Notes under the pieces: generated by a model
What the model was told of the DNA's origin: nothing
Seen by the model: only the letters and a program-made list of their open reading frames with translations
Databases searched by the model: none
Part shown: positions 49,904 through 58,644 of the stretch, in pieces
Layout: every line of letters begins with the position of its first letter
Position numbering within the stretch: the first letter of the stretch is position 1
Assembly (NCBI GenBank): GCA_951812955.1
Contig: OX638340.1
Coordinates: 3,200,001-3,264,000 of the forward strand
Direction of reading: 5' to 3'
Source: an uncultured Gemmatimonadota bacterium
GTDB lineage: Bacteria; JAAXHH01
DNA length: 64,000 nt
Position numbers and translations under genes: made by a program

Positions 49904-50523
49904 CACGCATGATCTGGGCTTCAGGCATCCTGCATATCGCGGCCATCGCCGGGCTCATCGGATGGAACACCTGGTGGCCCTCAACGGCGTCTTCCCGGGA
50001 TCAGCAGGTCTTCCGGGTCGACCTGGTAACGCTGGGCGAAACGCCATCGATTCGGCGTCCACCTCTGGTCGACGAGGACTACGAAGTCGTCTCGCGGAAG
50101 GAGGCCGCCGCACCGCAGGAGGAGGCGGCGCTGGCGCTCGAACGGACACCGCGCCTGGTGCCCGAACAACCGGATCCCGGTCCGGAAACGCCCCGGTCTT
50201 TCGAGACGGATTCCCCGGAAATCCGCCTGGACGAGCGGGACTTCGAGTTTCCATACTACCTCGGCATGATGCAGAGAAAGATACGGCAGCATTTCACGGT
50301 GCCCAGGATGCTGGGCGTTACGCACCTCGAGACGGTCATTTATTTCCGCGTGGTACGGTCGGGCCGGATTACCGGCGCCGTCGTTACGCACTCGTCTTCC
50401 AACCCGGTCTTCGACCTTGCGGCGCAGCGGGCGTTGAATGCGGCCGACCCGCTGCCGCCGCTGCCTGAAGGTTACCAGAAATCCTATCTGGGCGTGCATT
50501 TCGCCTTTCAATACGCGTTATGA
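49900..50523 (+). CDS. TolA/TonB-family energy transducer (short)
   Basis: N-terminal TM (ILHIAAIAGLIGW), a Pro/Glu-rich linker and a C-terminal TonB_C-like fold (...VIYFRVVRSGRITGAVVTHSSSNPVFDLAAQRAL). The position between tolR and tolB supports TolA. Confidence 0.65.
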   Translation: MTRMIWASGILHIAAIAGLIGWNTWWPSTASSRDQQVFRVDLVTLGETPSIRRPPLVDEDYEVVSRKEAAAPQEEAALALERTPRLVPEQPDPGPETPRSFETDSPEIRLDERDFEFPYYLGMMQRKIRQHFTVPRMLGVTHLETVIYFRVVRSGRITGAVVTHSSSNPVFDLAAQRALNAADPLPPLPEGYQKSYLGVHFAFQYAL

Positions 50524-50557
50524 AGCAGGCGCGACCGTCTGAAATCTCCCAGCAGCC

Positions 50558-52045
50558 ATGATCGAATTCCTGTACAGTAAATCCGCGAAGAAAAGACCAT
50601 ACCGCCGGCCGGGTTGGGTCTGGCCGTTGCGGTTACTCCTTGCGGCGATCGTCCTGCCCTCCCTCGGCGAAAAGACCGTGTCGGGCCAGGACGAGGTCAA
50701 TCTCAGCGTACAGGCCCGCGTCTCCCCCCGCATACCGATCGCTTTCAAGCCCTTCTCGCCCGCGGATGGAACGGAGTTACACGCCGCCCTGCGGGACACC
50801 ATCAACCAGGTGCTCATGCGGGACCTCGCGTATTCCGGCGTGTTCGCCGTGCGGGACCTTTCCATCCCGGCCCGGGTCGGAGACGGCGGCGGCTCGCAGG
50901 TGCTGACGGACGTTTCCGGCGACACGACCTATGTGTTCCTGGATGCCGCCGGCGAGGTGGATCTCGAGTTGCTTCGCAAGCTGTCGGTGCAGGTCATGGT
51001 GTCGGGATCGTACGAAGTCTCGGGGTCCCAGGTGGAAATCGCGTTGCGGCTGGTCGACGTGGGTACCCGGCGAACGATCGTGGAGAAGGGGTACGCCGCC
51101 TTCGATCTGACCCTGAGGCGGATCGTACATCTCATGGCGGACGACATCGTATTCCAGTTGACCGGGGACCGGGGCATCGCGCAGACCCGCATCGTATTCG
51201 TCTCCCAGCGCAGCGGCGCGCCGGAACTGTACATATCGGACTACGACGGTTTCAATGTCCGCCAGTTGACCCGTGACCGATCCCGGAAATACTCGCCGAA
51301 CTGGTCGCCGGATGGCACCCGGATCGCCTACACGTCCTACAGGGACGGCCCCCACGAACTGTATTACCTCGACCTGCGGAGCGGTGAAACCAGCAAGGTT
51401 TCTTTCGATGGCAAAACGGTGTTGTCGCCACGCTGGTCGCCGGACGGACGGCACCTGATCCTGGGCTTGATCTCGGAGGGGCTTTCAAAGCTCTACATCA
51501 GCACGCTGAACGGAAACAGGCTGATCCCGCTGGCGACCGGTTACGGGATCAACGTTTCGCCGTCCTGGTCACCGCGGGGGGACCAGGTGGCATATATGTC
51601 GGACCGATTGACACAGAAGCACCTTTTCGTTATCAATATAGACGGTTCGAACGACCATCGGATCACCTTTGAAGGGGGTTACAACGGATCGCCCGCATGG
51701 TCGCCCCGGGGCGACCGCATCGCCTTCGTGGGCGGCGACCTGGTGCCAAGACGGCAGGGAGGCTCCGAACGGGTCTTCAACATCTACACCTGCGACGTCA
51801 ACGGCAGCAACATCGTGAAACTCACGGGTGTCCGCGGGCAGGAAGGCGACAACGTGAACCCGACCTGGTCCCCGGATGGCCTGCAGATCCTTTTCAGTTC
51901 CGACCGGACCCGCAGGAACGAGTACCACGTCTACCGCATGTATTGGAACGGGGGGGACGTCCACCCTGTCGTCACCGAGGGCAACAACCGTCAACCCAGT
52001 TGGGGACCGAGACCCGACGGCATCGTAACGGTCCTGGACGAATGA
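50558..52045 (+). CDS. tolB: Tol-Pal system beta-propeller protein TolB
   Basis: N-terminal TolB domain followed by at least five PD40 blades (YSPNWSPDGTRIAY, LSPRWSPDGRHLIL, VSPSWSPRGDQVAY, GSPAWSPRGDRIAF, VNPTWSPDGLQILF). Confidence 0.85.
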   Translation: MIEFLYSKSAKKRPYRRPGWVWPLRLLLAAIVLPSLGEKTVSGQDEVNLSVQARVSPRIPIAFKPFSPADGTELHAALRDTINQVLMRDLAYSGVFAVRDLSIPARVGDGGGSQVLTDVSGDTTYVFLDAAGEVDLELLRKLSVQVMVSGSYEVSGSQVEIALRLVDVGTRRTIVEKGYAAFDLTLRRIVHLMADDIVFQLTGDRGIAQTRIVFVSQRSGAPELYISDYDGFNVRQLTRDRSRKYSPNWSPDGTRIAYTSYRDGPHELYYLDLRSGETSKVSFDGKTVLSPRWSPDGRHLILGLISEGLSKLYISTLNGNRLIPLATGYGINVSPSWSPRGDQVAYMSDRLTQKHLFVINIDGSNDHRITFEGGYNGSPAWSPRGDRIAFVGGDLVPRRQGGSERVFNIYTCDVNGSNIVKLTGVRGQEGDNVNPTWSPDGLQILFSSDRTRRNEYHVYRMYWNGGDVHPVVTEGNNRQPSWGPRPDGIVTVLDE

Positions 52046-52055
52046 AAGAGACAAG

Positions 52056-52862
52056 ATGAGCGTAAGGTCTTCAATGAACCGGGCCCGATGCATCCTGTCA
52101 GCCCTTTGCACCCTGGTTATTGCAGGCGCGTGCGGCGTGCAGTCCGACCTGACCAACCTGAAGAACGACACCACGCATTTGCGGGCCCAGATGCAGGTCA
52201 TGCGCGAGGAGGTCGCCCTCCAGGAGGACATCGACTCGCTGAAGGTCCACATCGGACGCCTTGAAACCCTGATGCGGGAACAGATGAACGAGATGTGGGA
52301 AATGCGGGCGGACCTGGGACAGCGGGTCAGCGGCCTGGAAAGCCAGTTGCAGATCCTCGCTACGCGTATATCGGAAAGCGACCGTCAGTTCTCGGCCCTG
52401 GTTCGCAGTCTGGAGAGGCTTCAGGCCCAGTGGAGCGCCACCGAACGGCCGGATACTACTTCCACGGAGCAGCCCCGATCCGTCGACCCCGGCGAACTGT
52501 ACGACCTCGCCTTGAGAGACTACCAGCAGGGCAGTTATGACGTGGCGGTCCGGCAGTTTTCCCAGTACATGGAGTATTTTCCGAACTCGGACCTGGCGGA
52601 CGACGCGCAGTACTATATCGGCGATTGCTATTATACGCAGAGTCTGTATACCCAGGCGCTAGACGCCTACGAGCAGTTGTTGAGCGCCTATCCGGACGGA
52701 AACAAGGTCCCTGCCACGCTGCTGAAGATTGCCTTCATCAAAGTCGCCAGGAAAGAACTGCCCGCGGCGAGGTCCTACCTGGAACGCGTCGTCGGTGAAT
52801 TTCCCGGTACCGAGGAGGCCCAGCTCGCAAGAATGAGACTGGATCTGATGTCGGACGAATAA
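52056..52862 (+). CDS. cpoB: Tol-Pal-associated TPR lipoprotein CpoB/YbgF
   Basis: Lipobox (LVIAGAC), a coiled-coil region and C-terminal TPRs (YDLALRDYQQGSYDVAVRQFSQYMEYFPNSDLADDAQYYIGDCYY). Confidence 0.7.
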   Translation: MSVRSSMNRARCILSALCTLVIAGACGVQSDLTNLKNDTTHLRAQMQVMREEVALQEDIDSLKVHIGRLETLMREQMNEMWEMRADLGQRVSGLESQLQILATRISESDRQFSALVRSLERLQAQWSATERPDTTSTEQPRSVDPGELYDLALRDYQQGSYDVAVRQFSQYMEYFPNSDLADDAQYYIGDCYYTQSLYTQALDAYEQLLSAYPDGNKVPATLLKIAFIKVARKELPAARSYLERVVGEFPGTEEAQLARMRLDLMSDE

Positions 52863-53074
52863 TTTGCTTTACTTTGGCAACCGAATCCGAGATTATGTTG
52901 TGGAAGTGAGGCAGGTTCAATCATACGTGATTTTGGTGAAATGGTAGCATCATGCCTGGTCTTTTACTGCGCTGCTGGATTGCCGCAATGGTTGAAACGG
53001 ATGTTAAGCGATGAACGGCAAGATTAACCCGAATTGCGCTGTATGGGTAACCTAACCATGGGAAGGAGTTCTAC

Positions 53075-53728
53075 ATGAAACGATGGAGCAACACGGCTTC
53101 GATGCTGGCGCTCTGTGTTCTGGTCGCCGCACCCGTGTGGATGGGTGCGTGCTGCGCCGTATCCCGGGGACCTTCCGCGGAGGAACTGGCCGCCATGGAA
53201 GCCGAGCGGCAGCGGGCCGTAGAGGATTCCCTCAGGGCGGTGCGCGCTGAAGAAGAAGCCCGGCTCGCGGCTGAAGAAGAGGCCCGGCGGATGGCAGAAG
53301 AGGAAGCTCGGCTCGCCGCGGAGGAAGAAGCCCGGCTCGCTGCCGAAGAGGAAGCCCGGCTCGCTGCCGAGGCGGCAGCCCTGCACGCAGAGAGGATGTC
53401 TCTGTCGACCATCTACTTCAATTACGACCGTTCCAATGTCCGGGAAGACCAGCGACCGGCTCTGGATGAGAACGCCCAAAAGTTGCGGGAGTACCAGCCC
53501 GAAGACATGGTGGTTGTCGAGGGCCACGCTGATGAGCGGGGTACGATCGAATACAACCTGGCGCTGGGCGAACGGCGCGCCCAGGCGGTCAAGACCTATC
53601 TCGTGGATGCGGGCGTGGCGGACAGCCGCATCGAAACCGTCAGTTTCGGTGAAGAGAAACCGGCGGTCATGGGCAGCGACGAAAGCGCCTGGTCGCAGAA
53701 CCGCCGAGTGGAGCTTATGCGGAAGTAA
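53075..53728 (+). CDS. pal: Peptidoglycan-associated lipoprotein Pal (OmpA-family) with a repetitive EEARLAAEE linker
   Basis: Lipobox (WMGAC). OmpA-like domain motifs IYFNYDRSNVRED, VEGHADERGT.EYNLALGERRA, NRRVEL. Five or more copies of EEARLAAEE-type units in the linker. Confidence 0.85.
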   Translation: MKRWSNTASMLALCVLVAAPVWMGACCAVSRGPSAEELAAMEAERQRAVEDSLRAVRAEEEARLAAEEEARRMAEEEARLAAEEEARLAAEEEARLAAEAAALHAERMSLSTIYFNYDRSNVREDQRPALDENAQKLREYQPEDMVVVEGHADERGTIEYNLALGERRAQAVKTYLVDAGVADSRIETVSFGEEKPAVMGSDESAWSQNRRVELMRK

Positions 53729-53758
53729 GCCGAAAGCACCACGGGTAACGTGTCGTAC

Positions 53759-53791
53759 AGGGGCGGCCATGCACTGGCCGCCCTTTTTTTA
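53759..53791. terminator. Bidirectional terminator hairpin between the convergent pal and amidohydrolase_2 genes
   Basis: gggcggcc-atgcac-tggccgccc followed by ttttttt on the plus strand. Confidence 0.6.
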
Positions 53792-54682
53792 TGCTTCCGG
53801 CAGGAACGCCTTCCAGTTTTCATAGATCATGTTGTGTATGGCCTCTTCCGGAAAAACGGGCAGGGATGTATTTTGCGTCAGGTCGTTCACCTTCCACTGT
53901 CCCGCTATGACCTGTGCCGGCGTTGCCGAGGGAAAATCGGAACCGAAGATCAACTTGTGCTCCACCCCATACTCCAGGGCGGACATGAATGCCATGTAAT
54001 GGCGCAGCGGACGGTAGTGCAGCGCCGATATGTCCGCGTAGAGGTTCGGATGCTTTCGGATCAGGACCACGCATTCGTCCTCCCACGGATGTCCCATGTG
54101 GGCAATCATCATCCGCAGGTCCGGGCACGCCACCGCGATGTCCTCGAGCTGAATAGGATTGGCCCACTTGAGGGGACCCGGCCGCACGAAGGACGTGCCC
54201 TGGTGCCAGATGACGGGGATATCCAGCGCTTCCGCTTTCCTGAACAGGGGCAGGTAAGCCGGGTCCTGGGGGTCGAAGTGCTGGTAGATCGGCGCGACCT
54301 TCAATCCACGCAGTCCGAGTTCGTTTACGTTGTATTCGAGCTGTTCGACGGCGTCCTCGTCATTGGGATCGACGGAACACCAGCCGATGAAACGGTCCGC
54401 GTTCTCCGCCACGAATCCCGCGACGAGTTCCTGGGGCACGTTCACCCCGCAATAAGGCGCCTTCAACCCGAACACCACAACCCTGTCGCAGTCCTCCGTC
54501 GCCTTAAGCAGCGTTTCGGGCGTGGAGTCGAAGGCGTTCTTGTACCGGTCTTCGTGACCCGCGTAGTAAACGTCGTCGGACAGGCGCATCTTGGCCTTCT
54601 TCGCCGCATAGGCGAATTCCACGAATTCATCGGACATGTGATCCGGGTACCACATCAGGTTGGTGTGGATGTCGACTAGCAT
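53789..54682 (-). CDS. Amidohydrolase_2 (PF04909-like TIM-barrel metal-dependent hydrolase/decarboxylase family)
   Basis: MLVDIHTNLMWYP (the start HxH-like), ...VIWHQG..., IAHMGHPWEDE, FGSDFP. Start at the internal Met; the upstream part of the track ORF overlaps the ATPase gene. Confidence 0.7.
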   Translation of the reverse strand: MLVDIHTNLMWYPDHMSDEFVEFAYAAKKAKMRLSDDVYYAGHEDRYKNAFDSTPETLLKATEDCDRVVVFGLKAPYCGVNVPQELVAGFVAENADRFIGWCSVDPNDEDAVEQLEYNVNELGLRGLKVAPIYQHFDPQDPAYLPLFRKAEALDIPVIWHQGTSFVRPGPLKWANPIQLEDIAVACPDLRMMIAHMGHPWEDECVVLIRKHPNLYADISALHYRPLRHYMAFMSALEYGVEHKLIFGSDFPSATPAQVIAGQWKVNDLTQNTSLPVFPEEAIHNMIYENWKAFLPEA

Positions 54683-56544
54683 GTCTCTTCTCCCCCGGGG
54701 TTCGTGTGGTCGTTTCCACGGCCTAAGCTCGCGCGGATCATGTCCGCGGCTTCTTCCAGATTGAAACAGCCGGGATCGACGGGAATCCCTGCCGCGTGGA
54801 CGGCGGTCATCAGATTGCATAGACCCGGCAGCCCGGGCCGCTCCGGCCTCTCGGGCCTCCCGGACCGCTCCGCCCGCCCCTGCGCGGACGCATCGACCGC
54901 GGCCTCCCGGGCGAACAGACGCTCCGGCGTGGTGTCCGCCGCAATGCCGCCGTTCTCCATGACCAGGACCCGGTCCGCCAGGCGGGAGACCAGGTCCATG
55001 TCATGGGTGATCAGGAAAAGAGTCGCCCCCCCATCCTTGCAGGCTTTGAAAATCGCCTCGACCTGTCGTACGCTTTGCGGATCGAGACCGGACGTGGGCT
55101 CGTCGAGGGCGAGGACGGATGGTTCCATGACCAGTATTCCGGCGATCGCGGCCCTGCGTTTTTCTCCGCCGCTTAGCGACAGGGGATGCCGATGCGAGAA
55201 CTGTGCGGGATCGAGGCGGACCCGTTCCAGCGCCCGGTTCACCAGGCTCTCGATTTTCGAATCTTCCGTGCCTGTTTGCCTGGGACCGAAGGCCACGTCG
55301 TCGAAAACGGTTTCCTCGAACAACTGGGCTTCCGGGAACTGGAAGACCAGCCCCACCTTCTGACGCAGCTTCCGCAGGTCGGTTTCCTTGGAGGTTACGT
55401 CCCCACCATCGACCCGAACCGTGCCCGAATCCGCTTTTAGCAGGCGGTTCATGTGCTGGATCATCGTGGACTTACCGGAACCGTTCGGTCCGGTCAGTGC
55501 GACGCAATCCCCGGGGTACACCCGCGTGGTCACACCGCGCAACGCCGAGATCGCCAGGGAAGTTCCGGGGGAATAGGTATGGCACACCCGGTCGAATTCG
55601 ATGATGGGCGGCGTGGCCGGAATCGCCCCCGCCGGCGGATCGACCGGTTTCTCAATAACCTCCGAACTTGCATCGGACGATGGCATGGTCCCCGGCATTA
55701 GGGACGGAGGCCTGGGCATCCTGCCAGAAAGCCACTGCACAAGGGAATCGGGATGGACGGTACCGGCCGGTACCGGAAGCCCGCGTGCGCGCAAGGCGTC
55801 CGACAGCCGCTCGGACAGCGGTGCCTCGAGTCCGTGTGCCGCGAGCCGTTCCGTATCCCGGAATACTTCCTCCGGCGTTCCCTCCGCTGCGACGGCCCCA
55901 TCCACCACCATCGCGATGCGGTCCATCCGGACGGCTTCCTCGGGAGACTGCGTGATGAAGACCACGCTGAGCCGGTATTCATCCACGATAGACAGGAGCA
56001 GGCCGAGGATGTCCTGCCGGTCGCCGGGGTCCAGTGACGAGGTGGGCTCGTCGCAAATGAGGTACCGGGGACGCATAGAGACCACGGAAGCGATAGCCAC
56101 GCGTTGTTTTTCGCCGCCGGACAGCCTGTGGGGCGGATAATGGCGGTACTTTTCCAGGTGGAACCGGTCGAGCGCCCACGCGACCCGCCGGTGGATCTCC
56201 CTCGATGGCAGGCCGAGGTTTTCGAGCCCGAAAGCCACCTCACGCTCGACCGTGGTCGAGACCAGCTGGTTGTCCGGGTTCTGGAAGATCATCCCGGTTC
56301 GCTGGTGGACCTGCCACGTGTTCGACGGTTCGGCCGTATCCAGGCCATCCACCAGGACCCGGCCGGACTGGGGTACGATCAACCCGTTTAAACAGCGGGC
56401 GAGGGTGCTCTTTCCCGAGCCGTTGGGGCCGATCACGGCCACGCTTTCGGATTCGCCGATTTCCAAAGACAGGCCTCGCAGCGTGGGGACCGCGTTTCCC
56501 GGCTGGACCCGGTAACTGAACGTTACGTCTTTGGCGATGATCAA
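54676..56544 (-). CDS. Fused tandem ECF-type ABC ATPase (EcfA1-EcfA2-like)
   Basis: Two complete NBDs. Walker A GPNGSGKST twice; LSGGEKQRV and LSGGEKRRA signatures. MIFQNPDNQL and LVFQFPEAQLFEETVFDDVAFG are typical EcfA Q-loop regions. Confidence 0.8.
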   Translation of the reverse strand: MIIAKDVTFSYRVQPGNAVPTLRGLSLEIGESESVAVIGPNGSGKSTLARCLNGLIVPQSGRVLVDGLDTAEPSNTWQVHQRTGMIFQNPDNQLVSTTVEREVAFGLENLGLPSREIHRRVAWALDRFHLEKYRHYPPHRLSGGEKQRVAIASVVSMRPRYLICDEPTSSLDPGDRQDILGLLLSIVDEYRLSVVFITQSPEEAVRMDRIAMVVDGAVAAEGTPEEVFRDTERLAAHGLEAPLSERLSDALRARGLPVPAGTVHPDSLVQWLSGRMPRPPSLMPGTMPSSDASSEVIEKPVDPPAGAIPATPPIIEFDRVCHTYSPGTSLAISALRGVTTRVYPGDCVALTGPNGSGKSTMIQHMNRLLKADSGTVRVDGGDVTSKETDLRKLRQKVGLVFQFPEAQLFEETVFDDVAFGPRQTGTEDSKIESLVNRALERVRLDPAQFSHRHPLSLSGGEKRRAAIAGILVMEPSVLALDEPTSGLDPQSVRQVEAIFKACKDGGATLFLITHDMDLVSRLADRVLVMENGGIAADTTPERLFAREAAVDASAQGRAERSGRPERPERPGLPGLCNLMTAVHAAGIPVDPGCFNLEEAADMIRASLGRGNDHTNPGGEETC

Positions 56545-57704
56545 GGCAGTTGATCCAGCGCCACGCGGCCGGCGGCTTCCCGGACGGCCGCATACACGTC
56601 GGCGAGCGGAACGCCGCTGCTGAGCGCAGCCTGGCGGCAGTCTTCGTATTCGGGGGTATATCGCCGGGAATCCCCGTGTTCCACGACCTTGATCCGGATC
56701 GCGCCGTAGGGGGTTTCAACGGTGGTTTCGCTACGGGGCAGCACGCTGCGTGAGACGGGGTAAGTTCTGAGGCCTATGGTCGTCGTTTCTCGGAAGATCA
56801 GCCCGGACAACCGCCCGGTCAATGCGGCCGGCGCAAGCACAGTGAGCAGTACGCCCGGCCGGTTTTTCTTCATGATCACCGGTGTAAGGAAGGCGTCCAG
56901 CGCGCCGGCTTCGAGCAGCAGGTCCACGACGTGGCCGTAGAACTGCGGATTCATGTCGTCGATCTGCGTTTCCAGGATCTGCACGGAACCTCCGCCGGCC
57001 ACTTCTCCAGCCACTTCGCCGGCCTCGCCCGTACACAGCCTGGCGACGTGCCCATCTCCCCGGTCATTGTCGTCCCCCCCGTAGCCCATGTTCCGCAGCG
57101 TGAAACCGGTTCTGATCATCGGTCCCGCCGACAAGGCGGTTAAAAAGGCGCATCCCGGCAGGTCGATGGGGGCGTGGTCGACGGGTTGTATTGCGGCGCC
57201 TCTCATCAGGGCGGCCTGGAGTGGCGGCGTGGATTCGATACCCGCGGCGAAGGGCAGTGCTACGTGGTGGAGGGATTCGATCCCGAGCAGGTGGAGGGCG
57301 TTGCAGAGGAGCAGAATGCGCAGGGCCGTGTGACGTCCGCCCAGCGCTTCCACGGTCGGCGCCTGGTCCTCCGTCCCCCGCAGTCCGTTTACGTTCTTTT
57401 CCAGGTGGTCGATCACCCTCGTGATGAGTACGGCGGCCGGTGAGTCCGCTCCGCCTCCCGGTATGGCACGGCAGGTCTCTGGCACGGACGCCTCGGCACA
57501 CGACAGCGAGGTGTACGTCACCCGGTACCCGGCGACAAGCCCCTCAGTAACGTTGATCCCGCAATCCACGCCATGATGGCTCTTCATGGCTGATTCAAGC
57601 GCGATCGGGTCCACTCCCGCGTCGATCATCGCGGCGAGCAGCATGTCCGCGGTAAGGCCGGACAACTGGTCGAAGTATCCTGCCAAAGCCATTGGACCCG
57701 CCAT
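56541..57704 (-). CDS. larC: LarC-family protein (DUF111; nickel insertion protein of nickel-pincer nucleotide cofactor biosynthesis)
   Basis: N-terminus MALAGYFDQLSGLTADMLLAAMIDAGV parallels the LarC start (..DCFSGISGDM.LGAL.D.GV). Length about 387 aa. Confidence 0.65.
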   Translation of the reverse strand: MAGPMALAGYFDQLSGLTADMLLAAMIDAGVDPIALESAMKSHHGVDCGINVTEGLVAGYRVTYTSLSCAEASVPETCRAIPGGGADSPAAVLITRVIDHLEKNVNGLRGTEDQAPTVEALGGRHTALRILLLCNALHLLGIESLHHVALPFAAGIESTPPLQAALMRGAAIQPVDHAPIDLPGCAFLTALSAGPMIRTGFTLRNMGYGGDDNDRGDGHVARLCTGEAGEVAGEVAGGGSVQILETQIDDMNPQFYGHVVDLLLEAGALDAFLTPVIMKKNRPGVLLTVLAPAALTGRLSGLIFRETTTIGLRTYPVSRSVLPRSETTVETPYGAIRIKVVEHGDSRRYTPEYEDCRQAALSSGVPLADVYAAVREAAGRVALDQLP

Positions 57705-57706
57705 CC

Positions 57707-58459
57707 CTATTCGTGTTTCCGGTTGATGAGGCCGGCCGCGTAACCGGCGTTGAACCCGCCGTCGATATTCACCACCGTAACGCCCGAAGCGCAGCTGTTC
57801 AGCATGGCCAGGAGCGCTGCCAGCCCATTGAAACTGGCGCCATACCCGACGCTGGTCGGTACGGCTATCACCGGTCTGGAGACCATTCCGCCGACCACGC
57901 TGGGCAGGGCGCCCTCCATACCCGCCGCGACGACGAGCACCGATGCGTTCATGATGGCCTCATGGTGGGAAAGGAGCCGGTGGATGCCGGCCACGCCGAC
58001 GTCGTAGAGACACTCGACCCGATTGCCCAGTACCCGGGCCGTAACCGCGGCTTCTTCGGCCACCGGGATATCGCTCGTGCCCGCCGAGACGACCAGCACC
58101 TCCCCGATGCCCAGGTCCCGCCAGGAGTCCTGGACCACGATCGTCCGGGCCGCCTCGTGGTACTCCGCGCCGGGACACCGCGCCGCCACGGCGTCGTACA
58201 TGGCCGGAGTCGCCCGGGTGGCGAGCAGGTCGCTCCCAGACGCGACAATGCGTTCCGCGATACCGGCCACCTGGCCGTCGGTCTTCCCCGTGCAGAAGAT
58301 CACCTCGGGAAACCCGCACCGCATCGCCCTGTGGTGGTCCACCCGCGCGTAACCGAGATCCTCGAAGGGCAAGGACCGCAGCCTGCTCGACGCCTCGTCA
58401 ACCGACAGATCGCCGGCGCGGACCTGTTGGAGCAACTGCCTGATCTGCGATTCGTTCAT
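57707..58459 (-). CDS. larB: LarB (PurE-like pyridinium-3,5-biscarboxylic acid mononucleotide synthase)
   Basis: About 250 aa. IRQLLQQVRAGDLSVDEA, DHHRAMRCGFPEVIF, VVSAGTSDIPVAEEAAVTA, MEGALPSVVGG, VPTSVGYGASFNGLAALLAMLNSCASGVTVVNIDGGFNAG. This is collinear with the LarB family as I recall it. Confidence 0.8.
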   Translation of the reverse strand: MNESQIRQLLQQVRAGDLSVDEASSRLRSLPFEDLGYARVDHHRAMRCGFPEVIFCTGKTDGQVAGIAERIVASGSDLLATRATPAMYDAVAARCPGAEYHEAARTIVVQDSWRDLGIGEVLVVSAGTSDIPVAEEAAVTARVLGNRVECLYDVGVAGIHRLLSHHEAIMNASVLVVAAGMEGALPSVVGGMVSRPVIAVPTSVGYGASFNGLAALLAMLNSCASGVTVVNIDGGFNAGYAAGLINRKHE

Positions 58460-58526
58460 GAGTGGCTACAAGGTCTTCGGGGGCTGATTCGCTTACGGAG
58501 TTCCGCTGTGACACTCCATCTGGTCA

Positions 58527-58627
58527 TACGGTGACGCCCCTGACGGATTATATGGTGAAGGCCCTACCTGGTTGTGGTTGTACGGTGGCGCCCTTGCCTG
58601 GGTTGTGCGGTGACGCCATTGCCCCGG
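58527..58627. promoter_or_regulatory. Three imperfect about 21-bp direct repeats (tacggtgacgcccctgacgg / tacggtggcgcccttgcctgg / tgcggtgacgccattgccccgg) in the upstream region of larB
   Basis: Seen directly in the sequence. Spacing is 54 and 25 nt. Located 70-170 nt upstream of the larB start codon on the opposite strand. Confidence 0.45.
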
Positions 58628-58644
58628 GCCGGCGCCTGCCGCGT

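Noticed and set aside
52863-53074. Bacteroidetes-type promoter (TAnnTTTG) or sRNA in the AT-rich region upstream of pal
   Set aside because: TACTTTGG does not fit the consensus, and no convincing terminator-delimited transcript is visible. It is noted only as an AT-rich putative promoter region within the Tol-Pal finding.
54683-54820. N-terminal extension of the amidohydrolase_2 ORF (MQSDDRRPRGRDSRR...)
   Set aside because: It overlaps the 3' end of the ECF ATPase gene on the same strand and is Arg-rich low complexity. The family start MLVDIHTNL (54682) is the sensible initiation.
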